Positions 45,851-60,069 are shown, counted from the first letter of the whole stretch. The stretch is DNA of 61,559 nucleotides, filler included, from Bipalium vagum (GCA_037834085.1; 3 parts of 3 records of this genome joined end to end with filler, not necessarily neighbours in it), one strand, 5' to 3'. Numbers and translations: made by a program. The notes: generated from the letters alone by a model not told the origin.

Positions 45851-46103
45851 TTTTATTGATTATAAATATACATATATTATTCAAAATCACAAAAAATTAT
45901 GTTCAAACTTAATAATTATTCTAATTATCATCATTTGAAGAGATTTAATTTTTATTAAGATATTATCTCATTTATAAACCTCTTATATCTTCAAAAATCA
46001 ATTTTGTTTTATTCAGGGTTTGCAAAGTGATTATTGTCATTATTTATGTTAAATAGCCGAAATTAGTTGTGGCTAGTGGACGAGAATTATCTTTATGAGA
46101 CAT

Positions 46104-46234
46104 NNNNNNNNNNNNNNNNNNNNNNNNNNNNNNNNNNNNNNNNNNNNNNNNNNNNNNNNNNNNNNNNNNNNNNNNNNNNNNNNNNNNNNNNNNNNNNNNN
46201 NNNNNNNNNNNNNNNNNNNNNNNNNNNNNNNNNN
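46104..46234. other. Assembly gap (131 N)
   Basis: Run of N. Confidence 0.99.
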
Positions 46235-46590
46235 TATAACCACTGAAAATAAAATAAAATAATAATGTTAGAGAAAATTTTATAGCAATTAAAAATGATT
46301 TTTTTAAAAACATTTCGATTTTTATAAATAGGCGCCCTTTAAAACACCTTCAAAGAAAAAGCATAAGAAAATTAAAATTTTCGAAATTTAAACAAAATTC
46401 CTTTTAAGCAAAATATTTTAATAATTTCTTTAAGATTTCGTTAAAAAATGTGATATATAACAAAAAATCAAAGGTCTGAGAATTATGATTTTTTTAGGTC
46501 TTAATCTGAATTTTTTATTACAAATATTTATAATAATTAGGTTTTTAATTATAATTATATAATTAGTAATATATTATGAATTATTATATA

Positions 46591-47080
46591 TTAGGGTGTC
46601 CCAAAAATTTGTGGTCACTTGAAATTGTAATATTTAAAGGTAAATTGTTTAAATAGCCTAAAAAATAAAACTTATTTACTGTTATTTTGAAAAGACATGA
46701 TAACAAGTAATATGTGCTAGAAATAAATAAAATCGATCTATTAATTTTTGTTAATATCACAGAATATATGAAAGTTGATAAAAACTATAATGTTCGTATC
46801 CTTTAACTCCATTAATGGAAAAAAGGATTGAATGCCAGATCTGCTGTCGTTGAAATATATGAAGTTGAAGGAGACAATATTCATCAATAAAAGCGCAGGT
46901 ATAAAATGGTTTAAAAGATTCAATTCGAGCAATACGGATCTTGAGGATGAGTGACGTTCTGGAAGACCCTCAACTGTGGATTCATAAGTAATTTTGGATT
47001 TTCTTTGGATGAAAATCCCTGTACCCCAGTGTCAGAAGACTATCAGATGAAGTTCAAATTCCGAAATCTTCAGTACACCG
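46591..47080 (+). mobile_element. 5' fragment of a Tc1/mariner element with left TIR
   Basis: TA followed by TTAGGGTGTCCCAAAAATTTGTGG at 46591. KWFKRFNSSNTDLEDE*RSGRPSTVD is a mariner HTH/linker motif. Confidence 0.7.
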
Positions 47081-48328
47081 CAAACCTCTGTCTCGTGGTA
47101 AGAGAAATAATAATAATATTAATATCTCAAAGTGAGCTTCAGACAATTAAGAGAAAAATGATATAAATAAATAAATAAAAGCTCTCTTTTTGAATAAATG
47201 TTAGACAAGCGGTATTTTTTATGGATTTCATATTTTAGAATTATTTTCTACTTAAAGAATAAATAAACGAATAATTTTTCAACAAGCACATTGAGTGACC
47301 TCATTGACTATAAAAGGGCCAAATGTTCAACCCGTCTCACAGGCCGAAAAGTTGGTATATTTTAAACATCCATACCATTGTTTCTTAATGGTATGAAAAA
47401 AAGTCTTTTCAAAAGAGAAAGAATTCTACTAAAATACACAAGCTAATGTCACTGCCAAAATGAAAATTCATCTTGAAAATCCTTTCAGTCAAAGCAGAAA
47501 GTAAGACCATTAAGAAAATACATATAGAAACACCGTAATCAACACGGACCCCATTTTGCTTACCAATGCGAAGTATACCAAATTGGACCGATAATAACTG
47601 AAATACAGATATGATCTGATAAGATAAGATATATTAAAAATCATCAGACTTTGATATAATTGAACCATTATTGGGTATATTGGAGAATAGATTAAGATAG
47701 AGATTTCGACCACAAAATTCTTTGTTTATTCCACCGAAGAGAAATATTCAACCGATTTATCAGTGTATTCTAAAATGACCAGAACCTTTGATGAAGACCA
47801 AACATAGTCCAACGAAGAAAAATGATCACATCATTCTGTTCGATCCTTTTCATAAAGTATCTGATTTGACATAATAAAGTTTTCGAAAATAATATATCGA
47901 ATATAAAAATTTTTATTGAATTTCTATGGGATCAGCTTCGGTATCTACCCAGCGGAAAACAATGGATGTAAAATTATAAGTGTTATGAAATTAAACTGTT
48001 TTCTCTTATTTTTTCAACGTTTCCGAAGAATTTACAAAGTTTAAAAGACGCGTTTAATAAAATAAATAAATTTTATATTGATTATTGAAAGAGAATAATT
48101 AATTTTCCGAAATTTTTCATTGGTTTTTTAAAAATAAACAAAGCGTCTAACAGTTAGAAATTAAATTTATTTGGACAATTTAAGTTTCTTATTTTAATTA
48201 ATGTCGGGCATGGAAACAGGGATCATTAAGCGCTTTCATGTCTATTCATCCGTGAAATTATAATGTAAATATTTAAAAGAAACTTCATCAATATAAAAAG
48301 TGAAGTATTGAAGGAAAGTAATAAAATT

Positions 48329-51300
48329 TTAATTGTTACCGATAATATCAGGGAAATTAAAATCATAAGTGCTGAAAGTCTGATCTATTGTCTTTTGAGG
48401 AGAATAAAGAGCTGAATTGGTATATACATTTCCTGGAATAATTTGGCATGATGGAGGAGTCCATATTCGACTTTTAGAATTGATATTTGTTCCAGAAGTA
48501 TTAAAGGAATTGGAAAATAAAACTGGGGGCGTGAAACTTCTTCCAACATCCTTCAGTGTAAACCAAGATTTTCCAATTGATTTTTTCATCTGTTCAGATT
48601 CTCTCAGCTAAATATCATATATAAATATTGATCTTAAGATATCTGCTTTCAAATAATTAATATTGTCTATGGTAGATGGACTATTTCTTAAGAAAATAAT
48701 AAAGTCGGGAAAACTAAAAATTTAATGTAAATTTTTTTCAACAAGATTAGTTTTTATAATCAATGTACATTCCAGTTACAAACCAATTATAATTTTCCAA
48801 AAAGATAACAACATCGGTTAAATATCACAGATAATCAATGAAAGAATAAACAGTTCATATTATTCCTTCATAATAGAATTATTATAATAATTAGGGAAAA
48901 TAAGAAAGGTTCAATTTTTTAAAAATAAAAATAAATTCCAAAAAAATGTTTGTGATATGAAATAGATTTCATATAAGATATTGTCATTTTAACTTTTTTT
49001 TTATTTTACAGAGCCTCTGTCGCTGGAATGAAAACATTTGATTTTTCGTGAGATTAATTTGTCTTATTATTCTCAAAACAAAAGACTCTAAAACTGAATT
49101 CATTTTTGTTGTCACAGATAATACAGTCGACGAAACATGGAAAACATAATCTAAAAAATCTTTTATTTTTCCAAAGGAAAATATATAAATATTAAAGGTA
49201 AATAATAAATTAATTAACGAAATACCTATGAAAACATCGATATCGATGTATTTACAAAGGAAGTAGCTAACATATCAAAAGTACCCTGAAAATATGTTAT
49301 TAAAAATATCATTTTCCGCTTTCCGAAACATATTCATCATTTAAAATTTCTCTCCAATTTAATCAATAGAAAATATCTGTTCCATCTATTTTCTTTAGAA
49401 AGAGTCCTAAATTAAGTATTATACAATAAATATAGATTGGTAATTCCGCAGACCTAATGCAAAAAGTCTTATTTTAAATTGTAAATTTTAATAGGTTTTA
49501 TTAAGGGTTTCCGTGATTTTTAAAGTTTCATTTTCTTTTATCAATAAAATTTTTTAAGAAAAATTCTTAAAAACCTGATTTAATCATTAATATTTTATTA
49601 TCAAACTATTTTCGTAAGTTTTATTTAAATAAACATATCAAGGCATTTATTTGATTTTATAAAACATCTGGATCATATTTAGTTTTCAACTCATGTTTTT
49701 TTTCTAACCCAGTTATGGTTTTCATTGTTGTTTTATAACCCATTCCCCCAATCATGTTCATATTCCAAACCATGTTTTATTTCCACTACATGTTCATTGC
49801 ATCGTGTTTTTTCTTTAACCCATTGATGACATGGCTTTTTTATGACTCATTGCATTTGATCAAGTATTTTATCTAACCAAAGTGGGTTGAAAACTAAACA
49901 TGATCCAAAAATCTTCAATGAACTGCAAAGAACAAAATTGATTATGCAGAAAAAGATACATGACAAATAGAGAATTGACATAATCGTCACAGACGTAGAG
50001 AAAAATGACTCTACAAATCTTTAATAAAAAGGATGTTAACAAAACATTAAAGTATTCCAACTTGAAAAGAAAGCTGAAATTGGTAAAAGTTGATTATAAT
50101 GTCCAACTGAATACGCTAATTATTGGATCTCTTGGCAAAATTCACCCTATTTATCTTTATTGGAATTCCTAAAAGAAAATCAAGTGGAATTTTAAACTCA
50201 TGTCAATGTCAAACATTTGGCAATTGACGAAGATTTGGAATTTTTTGGGGACTGGAAAATTGGTCAAATTTTTATGAAGAAAATTAATTAATTTTCGTTG
50301 AATGTCAACGATGCGAATGACGCTGTTTCCAATTAATTCATATGTCCATAATTCTCAGGTTGCACTTCTGCTGCTGCCGAATCAAATGATATTTATCTAT
50401 AACTCATGCTGATTGACTATATATCCATGAAACTTATGCTTATTTCATGCAATTAACGAGCTTTGTATTGATCAAATTTGTTTCGTTAATAAAAAATATA
50501 AAACGTACAGATTATGTTAAAATAAACCTGAATGCTAAACTTTAGTATACACAGCTTGACAGAGTCAATGGAATCTTGAAAACAAAATATCCAAGTTTAA
50601 TCATTTTAAAGTTACTGCTTTATTATCATGACAATGTGTCAGCGCGCACCGGGCACGTTTGTTGCTATATAAATTTACTACACTTAATGACACTGAACTC
50701 TTGAATTATTCTCCTTTTAGTCAAGACCTAGAACGCTCAGATTTTGAACTTTTTAGATTGATGGTACACTTTTTTTGAGGGCAACGATTTGTTAATCTTG
50801 AGGAAGTAGAAAAAGTTTGCAGTACATTCATTGGTTTAAAGTCTAAATAATTGTAAAGTGAACTTTTAAAAAAACGTGCCGAAATAATACATTGTTTTTT
50901 GATTATTTTTTCTTATTAATTGAACTGTATTATGGGTGAATTTTGAACACACGGAAACCTTTTGATATAAAAAAAAGATTTTATTTACTGTCGTAAGTCT
51001 AAAAATAGAAAAAGTTTGAAAAATAAATTTTAGAATATAAAATAAATAATACGATTTAAAATAATATTAGAACCAACATTTCCTTTCTAAGGCAATAGAA
51101 AGGACTAATTAGATTAATGCACATTTTTAATGGAATTTCAAAATCAGTTTTAATTTTTAACAGAATTTTGCATTAAATCTACGAATTGTCCGACAAAGGA
51201 TTTCCTGGATTACATTTCTTTTTCTTGAGCTATTTCAAAACTAGAGTAACTATTCCTCTAACAAACCCTGAGATACTGATGATTTCAATACGAATATTAG

Positions 51301-54300
51301 GTCAGGAAAGACGAATGGAAGGGGTTTGAACATTGATTTCATTTTATTGTGCTGAGCAAACCATAAGAATTGTACTTTAATAAAATGAATGAAAAACCAT
51401 TATTAAAAAGTTGTTTTAAAATAACTATTTTAATTATTTTTAGGTTATATTAAATCATTTTCATAATTATTAGCTTTACACAATGGTTATTAATTATTAT
51501 TATTATTAATTAATAATCATTTTCTCTACTTTAACCAAGAAATTATTCTCTATCTCACCAACGTCTGCTCAGTTCAAGTGTCTTGGTAGTGCTCAAGACT
51601 GGCATGACATTCATATTTGGTATTAAATCATTTTGTATTAGTTTATTTAGCTTATTTTCTTAATAATAATCATAATAAATTGTCTCAAATGTTACAATAA
51701 ATTTTTTCTTTAAGATTTATGTTAACAAAACAATAATATCTCCGTAATTCAGAGTTGAAAGTGAAATGTTTTATTTTCTATTCACTTTTCTCAATCGTTA
51801 ATTTTACTTAAATTTATTTTTTGATCATTTAAATAAGTGCTATATAAAAATATGTTCTTTTTATTCAATTGGACTATAAAAACAAACCGAAAGACACTTA
51901 ATTTGTATTATATATTTGCAAAGTTTATATTCTCATTTTCAAAGTCGATATTAATAATAAATTTATGAACATCTATTGATTTGTGATCCATAAGAGAAGA
52001 CATATTTTTTAATAATTTATTAAAAAAAGAATAATCTGAATATTCAAACAATTTTTATCAAATTATGGGAGTTTAATGTAATTTTAGAAAATTCCTGATG
52101 AAAGTAATTTAATACTGGTCAACTGATATATTGCTGGTATATGCTGCAATGCAATATATTGAAGTATGTTTACATTAAGCCTACGGGTTTACCTAAACTA
52201 AGACATGATAAGAAAAGTAGTTAAGTTACATTATCAAATAAGTTTCAATAGTTTAGGGGGATCAATGGAATTAGTCAAATCGATGAAAAAATGCTTAACC
52301 ATAAGCTTTCAGCGTAGAGATGGAGTATCTAACCATCAATATTGTACATTGTCGATTGTAGTCAATGCCCCACAAAGAATTACATCACTTAAATTCCAAA
52401 TAAAAGTTAGACAGTAATACTACCTATAATTCAAAGATTATTCTGTGCAAGCAATATAATTCACACGAAGCATATATTTACAAATGCCTTAAAAAAGAGA
52501 CAGACTTTGAACATAAGTCCATATGCAAAAATTATGAGTTCGTGAATTATATTCAAAATGTACATACACAAAACGTTGAAAGTTACAACAATAAAGTTAA
52601 AGTTTGAAAAAAATTAAATATTTAAGACACATTTTCATAATACGAATTATATCAAGTATAAACCTTGTACAGGACAACTGTATTATTTTTACAAATTACA
52701 GTTCCAAACGAAACTAGGAATTTAATCGTTCAATCATTTTTGAATCGATACACAGAAGTAAAATCGAAATATGAAGATTAAAATCAAAGGACAATGTTTC
52801 TTTCACTTTAGTTCCTTAATTAAATCCCATTGAAAACCTCGTCTCCAAATGGAATAATATAATTCGTGTTGATCGATAAAAGCCACAATTGCTATATGTA
52901 GGTGTATCCAAATTACAAAGAGAGATAGTATAGGATTCTTCAGGAATGTGTTTAATTACTTCTAAAATGCCTCAACAAAGTTGAAATTATCTATGGTTGA
53001 TGTGACTGTAATGTTGATACAAATATATTGTATTTTCTATTTCTAATTTCGATCAATGATAGATTTGAAAATAATCTGTCAAACCTTGTATTAAAAAACA
53101 ATAAAATTTTAGAAATTTTTGTGAAATTAAAATATTTCTAATTTATAAGAACTCAATAATAAATAGGGAAAATCATTAACCTTTTTAACTGAAATAAATT
53201 TTTTTATAATATATTTTGTTATGAATAGATGATTGTATGATAATAAATAATATATTTTTAATCAATTTAAAAAATGATACTGTAATAATAAGGTGTTAGT
53301 TAATTTCATTGTTTTCAATATTAAATAAGATAAATTTTTATTAAATAAATAAATAAATAAAAATAAAATTAAAAATGAGTATATATTAATCATTGTATTA
53401 TATTTAATAATAATATATTAGTAATAATAATATAATTAATATAGTGTTTTAAAGATTAATTTGAGATTAATTAGTTATTTTAAAATTAATTATAATCATT
53501 TTAAGATAAAAAATATGGAACTTCTTAAAAATGGTAATGGAAACAACCAATTAAAACCAAAGAAAAAATTTCATAGATAAAAATAATTTTTATTGCTTAA
53601 TTATTTTAATTAAAAAAATTAGAATAGTTACTGAAAAATTAAAAATACATAATTAAGTCAAATAATTCCCTAAAATTATAATTTTTATGATTGATAATAT
53701 TTCATTTTTATTATTATTTATGGTAATATATATAAATAAAGGAAAAATTATATGTATTGTTAAAAGATATTGGTATCAAATAGTTCTAAAATATGGATCT
53801 TTTATGATCATCAAAGAAGCTTTTTTAAATTTCTTAAATAATGAGTTAAATTATTATTATTATTATTATTAATTAATTAATTAATTAAAGTTTATTGTTT
53901 TACGTATATTTTGCTTACTTTTGCAACTAAATCAATAACACTCTGACCGTACGTTCTCTCTGGAACTAAAGGAAACATATTATGTGGGCTATTGCGATTG
54001 GAAAGCATCAAACTCCACAGGGATACGGTATTGAATGAAGAATAGTTCACGTTCTGATCTTTATTTTGAAAGTTGATCGAATTTTCAATTTTGATCTCAC
54101 TTTGCTGCATTTCACATACTTTCAAAATCGACGTTTTCTTAATATTCCCTTGGCTGATACCTGAAACGTTTGAGTTTATTTAAATCAGCCGTTAAAGGTT
54201 TGATATTTTCATTAAATTAAAACGATTTTGATTTGTTAACAAATGAGTTTAAAAAAATAAAAATAGAATAAAATTTATTTTATATTATATTATATTTTTT

Positions 54301-57300
54301 ATAACATAACACAAATGAAGTTTTATGAATGGAATTAATCACAGATCTTTTGTCAGTGAAAATTAAAACAATGAAGCTACATAATTAATTTGTTAAGGTT
54401 CTAACAGAGAGCAAGATGAAGAATTAAATGTTAAAAACATAAATAGATTGGAATATCAGATTATTCATATAAATCAAAAATCAGAAAAAATTTCAAAGAT
54501 GAATAAATTGATAAAAATTTTCCAAAGGCTAGAAAATTCTCCATCATGAATCACACATTTTTCATACATTATATTAAAAATAAATTTAATAAATTAAAAC
54601 AAACATCAAATTAAATTGATTAAGATGTTAATATCGTTTTTTAAACAAAATTTATTTTTGTTTTAAATTAACTATCACACTAATTTAATTGGCACCAAAA
54701 TAACTTTTGAAACGACTTTTGTACACCAATATTTTATTAATTGTCTAGTAACGTAATTTATGCATAATTTTATCATGGTTTAATATAGTTATATTTTTAT
54801 CACATTATGCTGTATGAAATAACGAAAAGAAGTCTGATGCCGTTGAAGCACGAAACACTTTCGAATGGTATACTATGAGCAATTCAATTAGAAAATGTTT
54901 CATTTATTTAAGAAATATAAAATATGGTTCAAAATGTTCAGATATCAGTTGATATCTGCTTCAAAGATAAATCTAGTAAAGGAGTCAATCAGGAACTTGA
55001 TTACAATGAATTGAAGAATCTTGTTCAGTACATTTTTGAAGAAAACACAAAATTCTGTTGGTAGATCATGACAGGCTATGAATAAAGATGTGGATAAAAG
55101 TAAATCTTAGTTGACCATAAAAGATTATTGAGAATCTACTATATTTTTAATTGATTAATATTAAGTAGATCGATAAAGATGATTGTGCAATCGAGTACTT
55201 GAAAATCAAAAATAGATAAACTTTTTTCAGAATAATTGCCTTTAATGTCAACCAATTTTGCCTACGAATGAATTAGTTGAATACAAGTTATGTATTATTA
55301 ATTCTTCATTCTAGTGACTGTGAAATCAGCGGTTACCATGATGTTGAGTTTGTCGATTTCACATGTTCTATCTAATTTTGGAAATCACCTTTCCTAAGAA
55401 AACTGCTGTATACCATTTAGCATTCATAGTTTTTTACTTCTCTAAAGTGATCGTTGCCAGATGTCATTTTAAACCGAAGAAACAGGTAGTCATTCTATTT
55501 GCAGCACTGTGAATTGCTGTTTATTTTCAAGTTCGAACGAATAAATTCAGTTTCATTACCAGTGATGATGTTGTAAATAAAATTTGAATTAAACTTTTTA
55601 CATTTCTGGAGCATTGCTGACATCATTTAATAAGATCTTCCTTTTCAAAAGATGTTAAATTCTGTGGGATCCAACGACTGCAAAGCTTCCATACATTGAG
55701 ACGACTGTGTAAAAATAGCTTTCCTTGATTTTATGCCAATACCAAAGGATGTATTAATGTACGATATTTGATATATCGATCTATTTCAATCATTTCATAC
55801 AAATCATCAATATTCATAGCTGAAATGGATGTTGATAGTCTACCGTGACTAAATTCATCAGTCAGACATGTGCATCAACACAGTAATTCTGTGAACCATT
55901 TGTAAATATATCTCTTAGGTCGTGCTTCATCCAGAAAGGATTTAAACACTTCTTAAGCGTAATGCCACATTTAAGATCATAGTAAATCATCAAAGGATAA
56001 ATTTCGCATGAAAGTTTTATTTTATATATAGCTTCTGTTTCAGATGTTTACCTATCTAAAATAAATTCATTAATTTAGATTCACTTAAATGATTTATATC
56101 AACTCAAGGTCGAGTTTTTGATTGTCAATCATTTGAAGTACGAGATTTAACGAATTTTTCCAGCACCACACGTAAACTCATTAATTTTAAATTTGACTGA
56201 ATCAAAGTTTCTCTTGAATTTATTTAGATCAAATAAAATATATCATAAGCGCTCACAACTTTCCGACCAATTTAATAAGAGAATCTTAGGTAGAGGATTC
56301 TTTTTAGGTTTATTTTATTTAAGCTGGATGACATCATATTTTATATACGGAGTGAGTTGTCATATTATAATAAATCAAATTTTATACTTTAAAATTAGAT
56401 CAGTCCGAATAAGTTCTAAGGAAGAAATATTTATCCTATATTGTCGATAGATTGTTTTATTATCACAGATGATTTTTAATCATTAGTAAAGTAACAGAGA
56501 AATACACAGGAAAGGTGAGTGGTGAGATACTGCAATAGGAAGAGATCACGAATTTCTATTAAAAGATATCATATATTTATTTAGATGCATTCAAAGTGTC
56601 CGGAATGACAGCTTTTGTAAACTAAGCATTGATCATTGTATGGAAATCGTTTCCCCTTGTTATCATAGGGAGGTTGGATAAGAGTGATAACTGATATCCA
56701 ATCTTATTTTTATCAGTGAATGTTATAATTCATCTCGATGTTTATTTTTAATTTTTATTATATTTCATCTCTAAAAACGTCTACCTACAACTAATTCTAT
56801 AATTCGAAACCAAATCAGGCTAATAAAATGAAACGGTTTGAAAATCAAAGAAATAAAATGAACTTTCATATGTGCAAAAGATAATAGAAATACTTCTTTG
56901 TCGTTTGATCGTTGATGAACCGGAACTGCTAGCATCCTTGTTGCTGCAGATTTCTGGAATGGCTTTCGGTAATTTTGTTATGCTGGCATAAGTAGAGTTA
57001 TTCAATGAATCCTGAATGAAAATTATATTAAACAGCAAAATTGAATATTAATTACGAACTAGACACGGGCATATTTTGTTGTCGTCACGACAACGCGTTA
57101 CGAGATTAGTTAAATTTGGTCAAATTACGTTGCCATGACTAAATGTCAGTTGCATCGGATTCTAAATTTTCTACTAGCCAATCAAATGACGCTACTTCCC
57201 ACTAGTTCCATTGATGACTTTTTTGACAAAAATTGCTGTCTAGTCTCTTTAAATTATTTTAGTAAAATATCATTTTCGTTCTGTTGCAGATTTTTCAGTT

Positions 57301-59242
57301 TAGTTTAGAGTTCATCTATAAAGTTGGCTGCTGCGGACTTATTTTTGTAAGATGTTGATATCAATTATATTTTTTGATAGCAACATAAAACAGACTGGAT
57401 ATTAAACGTCCAAGAAATAATTAGCACTTCCTTGTGCAGAAAATTCTGAGAATTTTGTAATAAATTATTTTTGCAAATGTCATAAATCAAATTAAAAATT
57501 TTAGAGGTTATCTTCCATGGGAAAGGTGAATGGTGTGAAATAAAAGAACACTCTTAAAATATGAACAAATAATAATATAGGTATACGATATTCCTTGAGA
57601 ATATACAGCTTTAGAAGCGGTATAAAATATTTCAAGGTAATGAAGAGAATAATTTTGAGACAAGTCGGAAAACCTGGGTTACACAATTTACTGGCTGTCT
57701 TAAATGGCGTTGTGCCTTCTAAGCTACTATAAATATTGTGAATACGAAGAAGTTATACGATGCCAAATTTAGTAAATAAAAAGGACAGTAATCCATGTAA
57801 ATACCTGATCAAATATTCAAGTACTAATCTACATTTTTGTTGTTTCATTGACATGCAAAAAAGGTACAGAGCCATAGTATTCGAGAAGAACTCGAATTTT
57901 TTAAAAACTCGACGGCACATAAATATAATATTTTTCATGGATGATACCTTTGAAAGATATTAATAACTTCTTGATTCAGTTACTTTACGGGTATATTTTT
58001 TGTAAACTTATCTGTTGAAATCTGTTTTCAACTTTGGAGGCTTCTTGATGGTTCACCACATTTCATTTCCAGCTTCCAATGAACCAGATGATCTTTTCAG
58101 GCCATCTATATATCATATTGATTTCTTTATTATCTGTTAGTGGATGAGGACCAGATCACAAGTAAACCTTCTGATTCCAAAAATTCTCTATTAAAAGTTG
58201 ACTGAGAGTTGTCCTGGGAATATTATTGATTTACTCAATAAGTATGATAAATACAACGCGGTATTTTCTGAGAATTTCAAATACTGCACATTTTCTTCTA
58301 GAGAAATCAAGTGATGATCGTCTTGAGTACGTTCTCTGCCATCTCGATATCTGAAATACCACTTAAATACATTTAAGAAATGTTTTCTACAAACAGTTTT
58401 ATTCATTTGCAATATCTCACAGGCTTTTAACCAAACTTTAACCAATGAAATTACTCATTAAAAGATGCCATATCATTGTTTTTTTGTAATATATAAGTCA
58501 TGTTTCCCATAGAACACACTGTTTACACAGAAAATTTATTATTTACTGTTTATTTTTGGTCTTGCATAATTTTTTAAAATTTTGTCAAAAAAAAGATTTA
58601 TCTTCAGTAGGTTAAGCGCAAGAATATTATGGTAAAAATAATACTGGCAATACAATTTATAGCAGCAAATACGACATTTGATGAAATAAAGTTATAGTTC
58701 AACAAAAAGTGAAATATATTACGCAAGTTAATGGCTTCATATTCATATTGTGAATCGGAGATGTTAAGCAACTGCTAAGCTGCAATGATAGACTGCTATT
58801 TCTGTTAGAGTGAGCCGGAGTATATACAGATGGTACTCCACAAACCGGACAACTGGGCTTCTTACGTTTGATTGCTGCATATGTGGGATCATAATCATTG
58901 GAGCTCAGATCATCACTGCCACGAATATCCTGTTGGCTGTCACAGCAACACCTTGGACATTCCATATTTGATATTTGAAATTTATCAAATTTTATCGGTG
59001 ATAAAGGGATATTATCGAAACTTTCCTTAAATAGAGATGGATCGTTTATGGATACGTTTGGCTTATCACTATCAGTTTCATCAGCTGGCCTTAATTCATT
59101 ATAGAATTTAGATTCCTTTACAGATAAAGCTTCAGGTTCAATTATTGGATTATTGAAATTGGTATCATTTGATTGATTAGAGCAATTGTTTGGAATAGGA
59201 GGGAGTTCACGGTCTATATGGCTAAATCGACTAGTGTCATAT
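48329..59242 (-). CDS. Unannotated multi-exon gene (3' part): disordered Ser/Pro/Asn-rich polypeptide with several YxxI/L/F motifs, adaptor or receptor-tail-like
   Basis: Phase-consistent GT-AG exons 59242-58723, 57011-56894, 54160-53919 and 48607-48329 (stop). Joins read ..KPLTC|DSLNNSTYASI..KRQRS|ISQG..DLVAK|LRESEQMKK..IIGNN*. A probable upstream 29-nt micro-exon lies at 61419-61391. Confidence 0.7.
49669..49907. repeat. 24-bp inverted repeats enclosing a degenerate CATGTT/AACCCA minisatellite-like tract
   Basis: TGGATCATATTTAGTTTTCAACTC (49669-49692) versus GGGTTGAAAACTAAACATGATCCA (49884-49907), 2 mismatches. Confidence 0.6.
49884..50290 (+). mobile_element. 3' fragment of an RLE-type (R2/R4/NeSL-like) non-LTR retrotransposon
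   Basis: RIDIIVTD...KTLKYSNLKRKL...YNVQLNTLIIGSLGKIHP fits the PD-(D/E)xK restriction-like endonuclease C-terminus (K..KY..L, IIGSLG). Confidence 0.6.
50330..50975 (+). mobile_element. Mariner C-terminal remnant; boundaries approximate
   Basis: LLYYHDNVSART..YSPFSQDLERSDFELFRLM..GQRFVNLEEVEK. Confidence 0.7.
52200..53030 (+). mobile_element. Decayed Tc1/IS630-like (DDxE) transposon; boundaries approximate
   Basis: LNPIENLVSKWNNIIR at ~52820-52868 is the SP.LNPIE catalytic-E motif. Confidence 0.55.
54780..55080 (+). mobile_element. Mariner N-terminal remnant
   Basis: HIMLYE...EARN..WFKMFR resembles mariner HTH regions; heavily decayed. Confidence 0.45.
55150..56172 (-). mobile_element. Decayed mariner (irritans-like) with one TIR
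   Basis: TA followed by CGTGTGGTGCTGGAAAAA on the minus strand at 56172. Fragments WFTE..LTDEFSHGR, KLCSRWIPQNLT and NIITGNET..ENKQQFTV. Confidence 0.8.
57078..57200. promoter_or_regulatory. Promoter-like module: two RFX X-box-like sites, a CCAAT box and a CRE half-site
   Basis: Palindrome GTTGTCGT-C-ACGACAAC (57078-57094), GTTGCCATGACTAA (57129-57142), AGCCAATCA (CCAAT at 57178-57182), TGACG at 57187. Confidence 0.45.
58300..58520 (-). mobile_element. Mariner N-terminal remnant (irritans-like)
   Basis: VFKWYFRYRDGRERTQDD in ORF 58191-58445. Confidence 0.55.
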
Positions 59243-60069
59243 CTGTAAAAAAGAAATTTTTAAGTATTTTGTTATTTAATTTCATTTGTGGTGATGTCAG
59301 AATAATAATAATAATATATATTTATTATAATAAATGAAATTTTCTTGCATTTAGTATGTAGCTTAATTATGGATTATTTTCCAACTCAAAGTGCAAAGCT
59401 TTAATAAAAAATTGATATAAAAAATAAAAATGTTTTCATTGATGAATTAATTAAAAAGAAAATTTATTTCAAGAAGAAAACCTAAAATTTTCCTCATCCT
59501 CATAATTCATTATGCAATGAAGAAATTTATAGCAAAAATGTTTGTCTAACATAAGTGGTTAATTTCTTCTATTAGAAGTTAAGACAGAAACGACCTTTTA
59601 ATAAAGCCAAGATACTGATGTACTCCGAAAATTTCAAAAACCTTTCAAAAATGTTTCATTCAGTCGCTCAAGTTTTGTGAAGGGAAAATAATTATAATGT
59701 CAAAAATGACCTCAACTAGATTAATTATTGATGAAGTATTTCTTATTCCTAGGTTGAAATATATTATTTCTTTATTTATATATTCATTTATAAAATGAGA
59801 GGAAACATTATCAGAATAAAATAAAGAAAGGACAGAAAATTATAATTATATTATTTTTTAAAAAGAATTAAAATTTTTAATTTTTAAAAAAAATCTTTAC
59901 TTTGTAGTGTTTTTTGAAAAAGTAATCGAATAATCAAAGGGTTTTTGCAGCTTTTTTGGAATTAAAGATTGTTCTAAGTTCTTAATGAAAGAAATTAACG
60001 CTCACCAATAAGGTAAATAAACAAATACAAACGAAGTGTAATTATGTATTATATAAATTAATGTATTTA

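Noticed and set aside
46044-46313. ORF spanning an N run
   Set aside because: Artefact of translating through an assembly gap.
49226-51376. Additional candidate minus-strand exons (~49230-49286, ~51270-51376) for the adaptor-like gene
   Set aside because: The 53919 donor joins 48607 directly in phase. The 51.3-kb candidate has an incompatible phase, and the 49.2-kb one hits a stop unless a weak donor is used.
53687-53872. Short I/Y/N-rich ORFs in AT-rich tracts (also 19779, 26554, 56193, 61205)
   Set aside because: Low-complexity translations of AT/AAT-rich sequence with no coding evidence.
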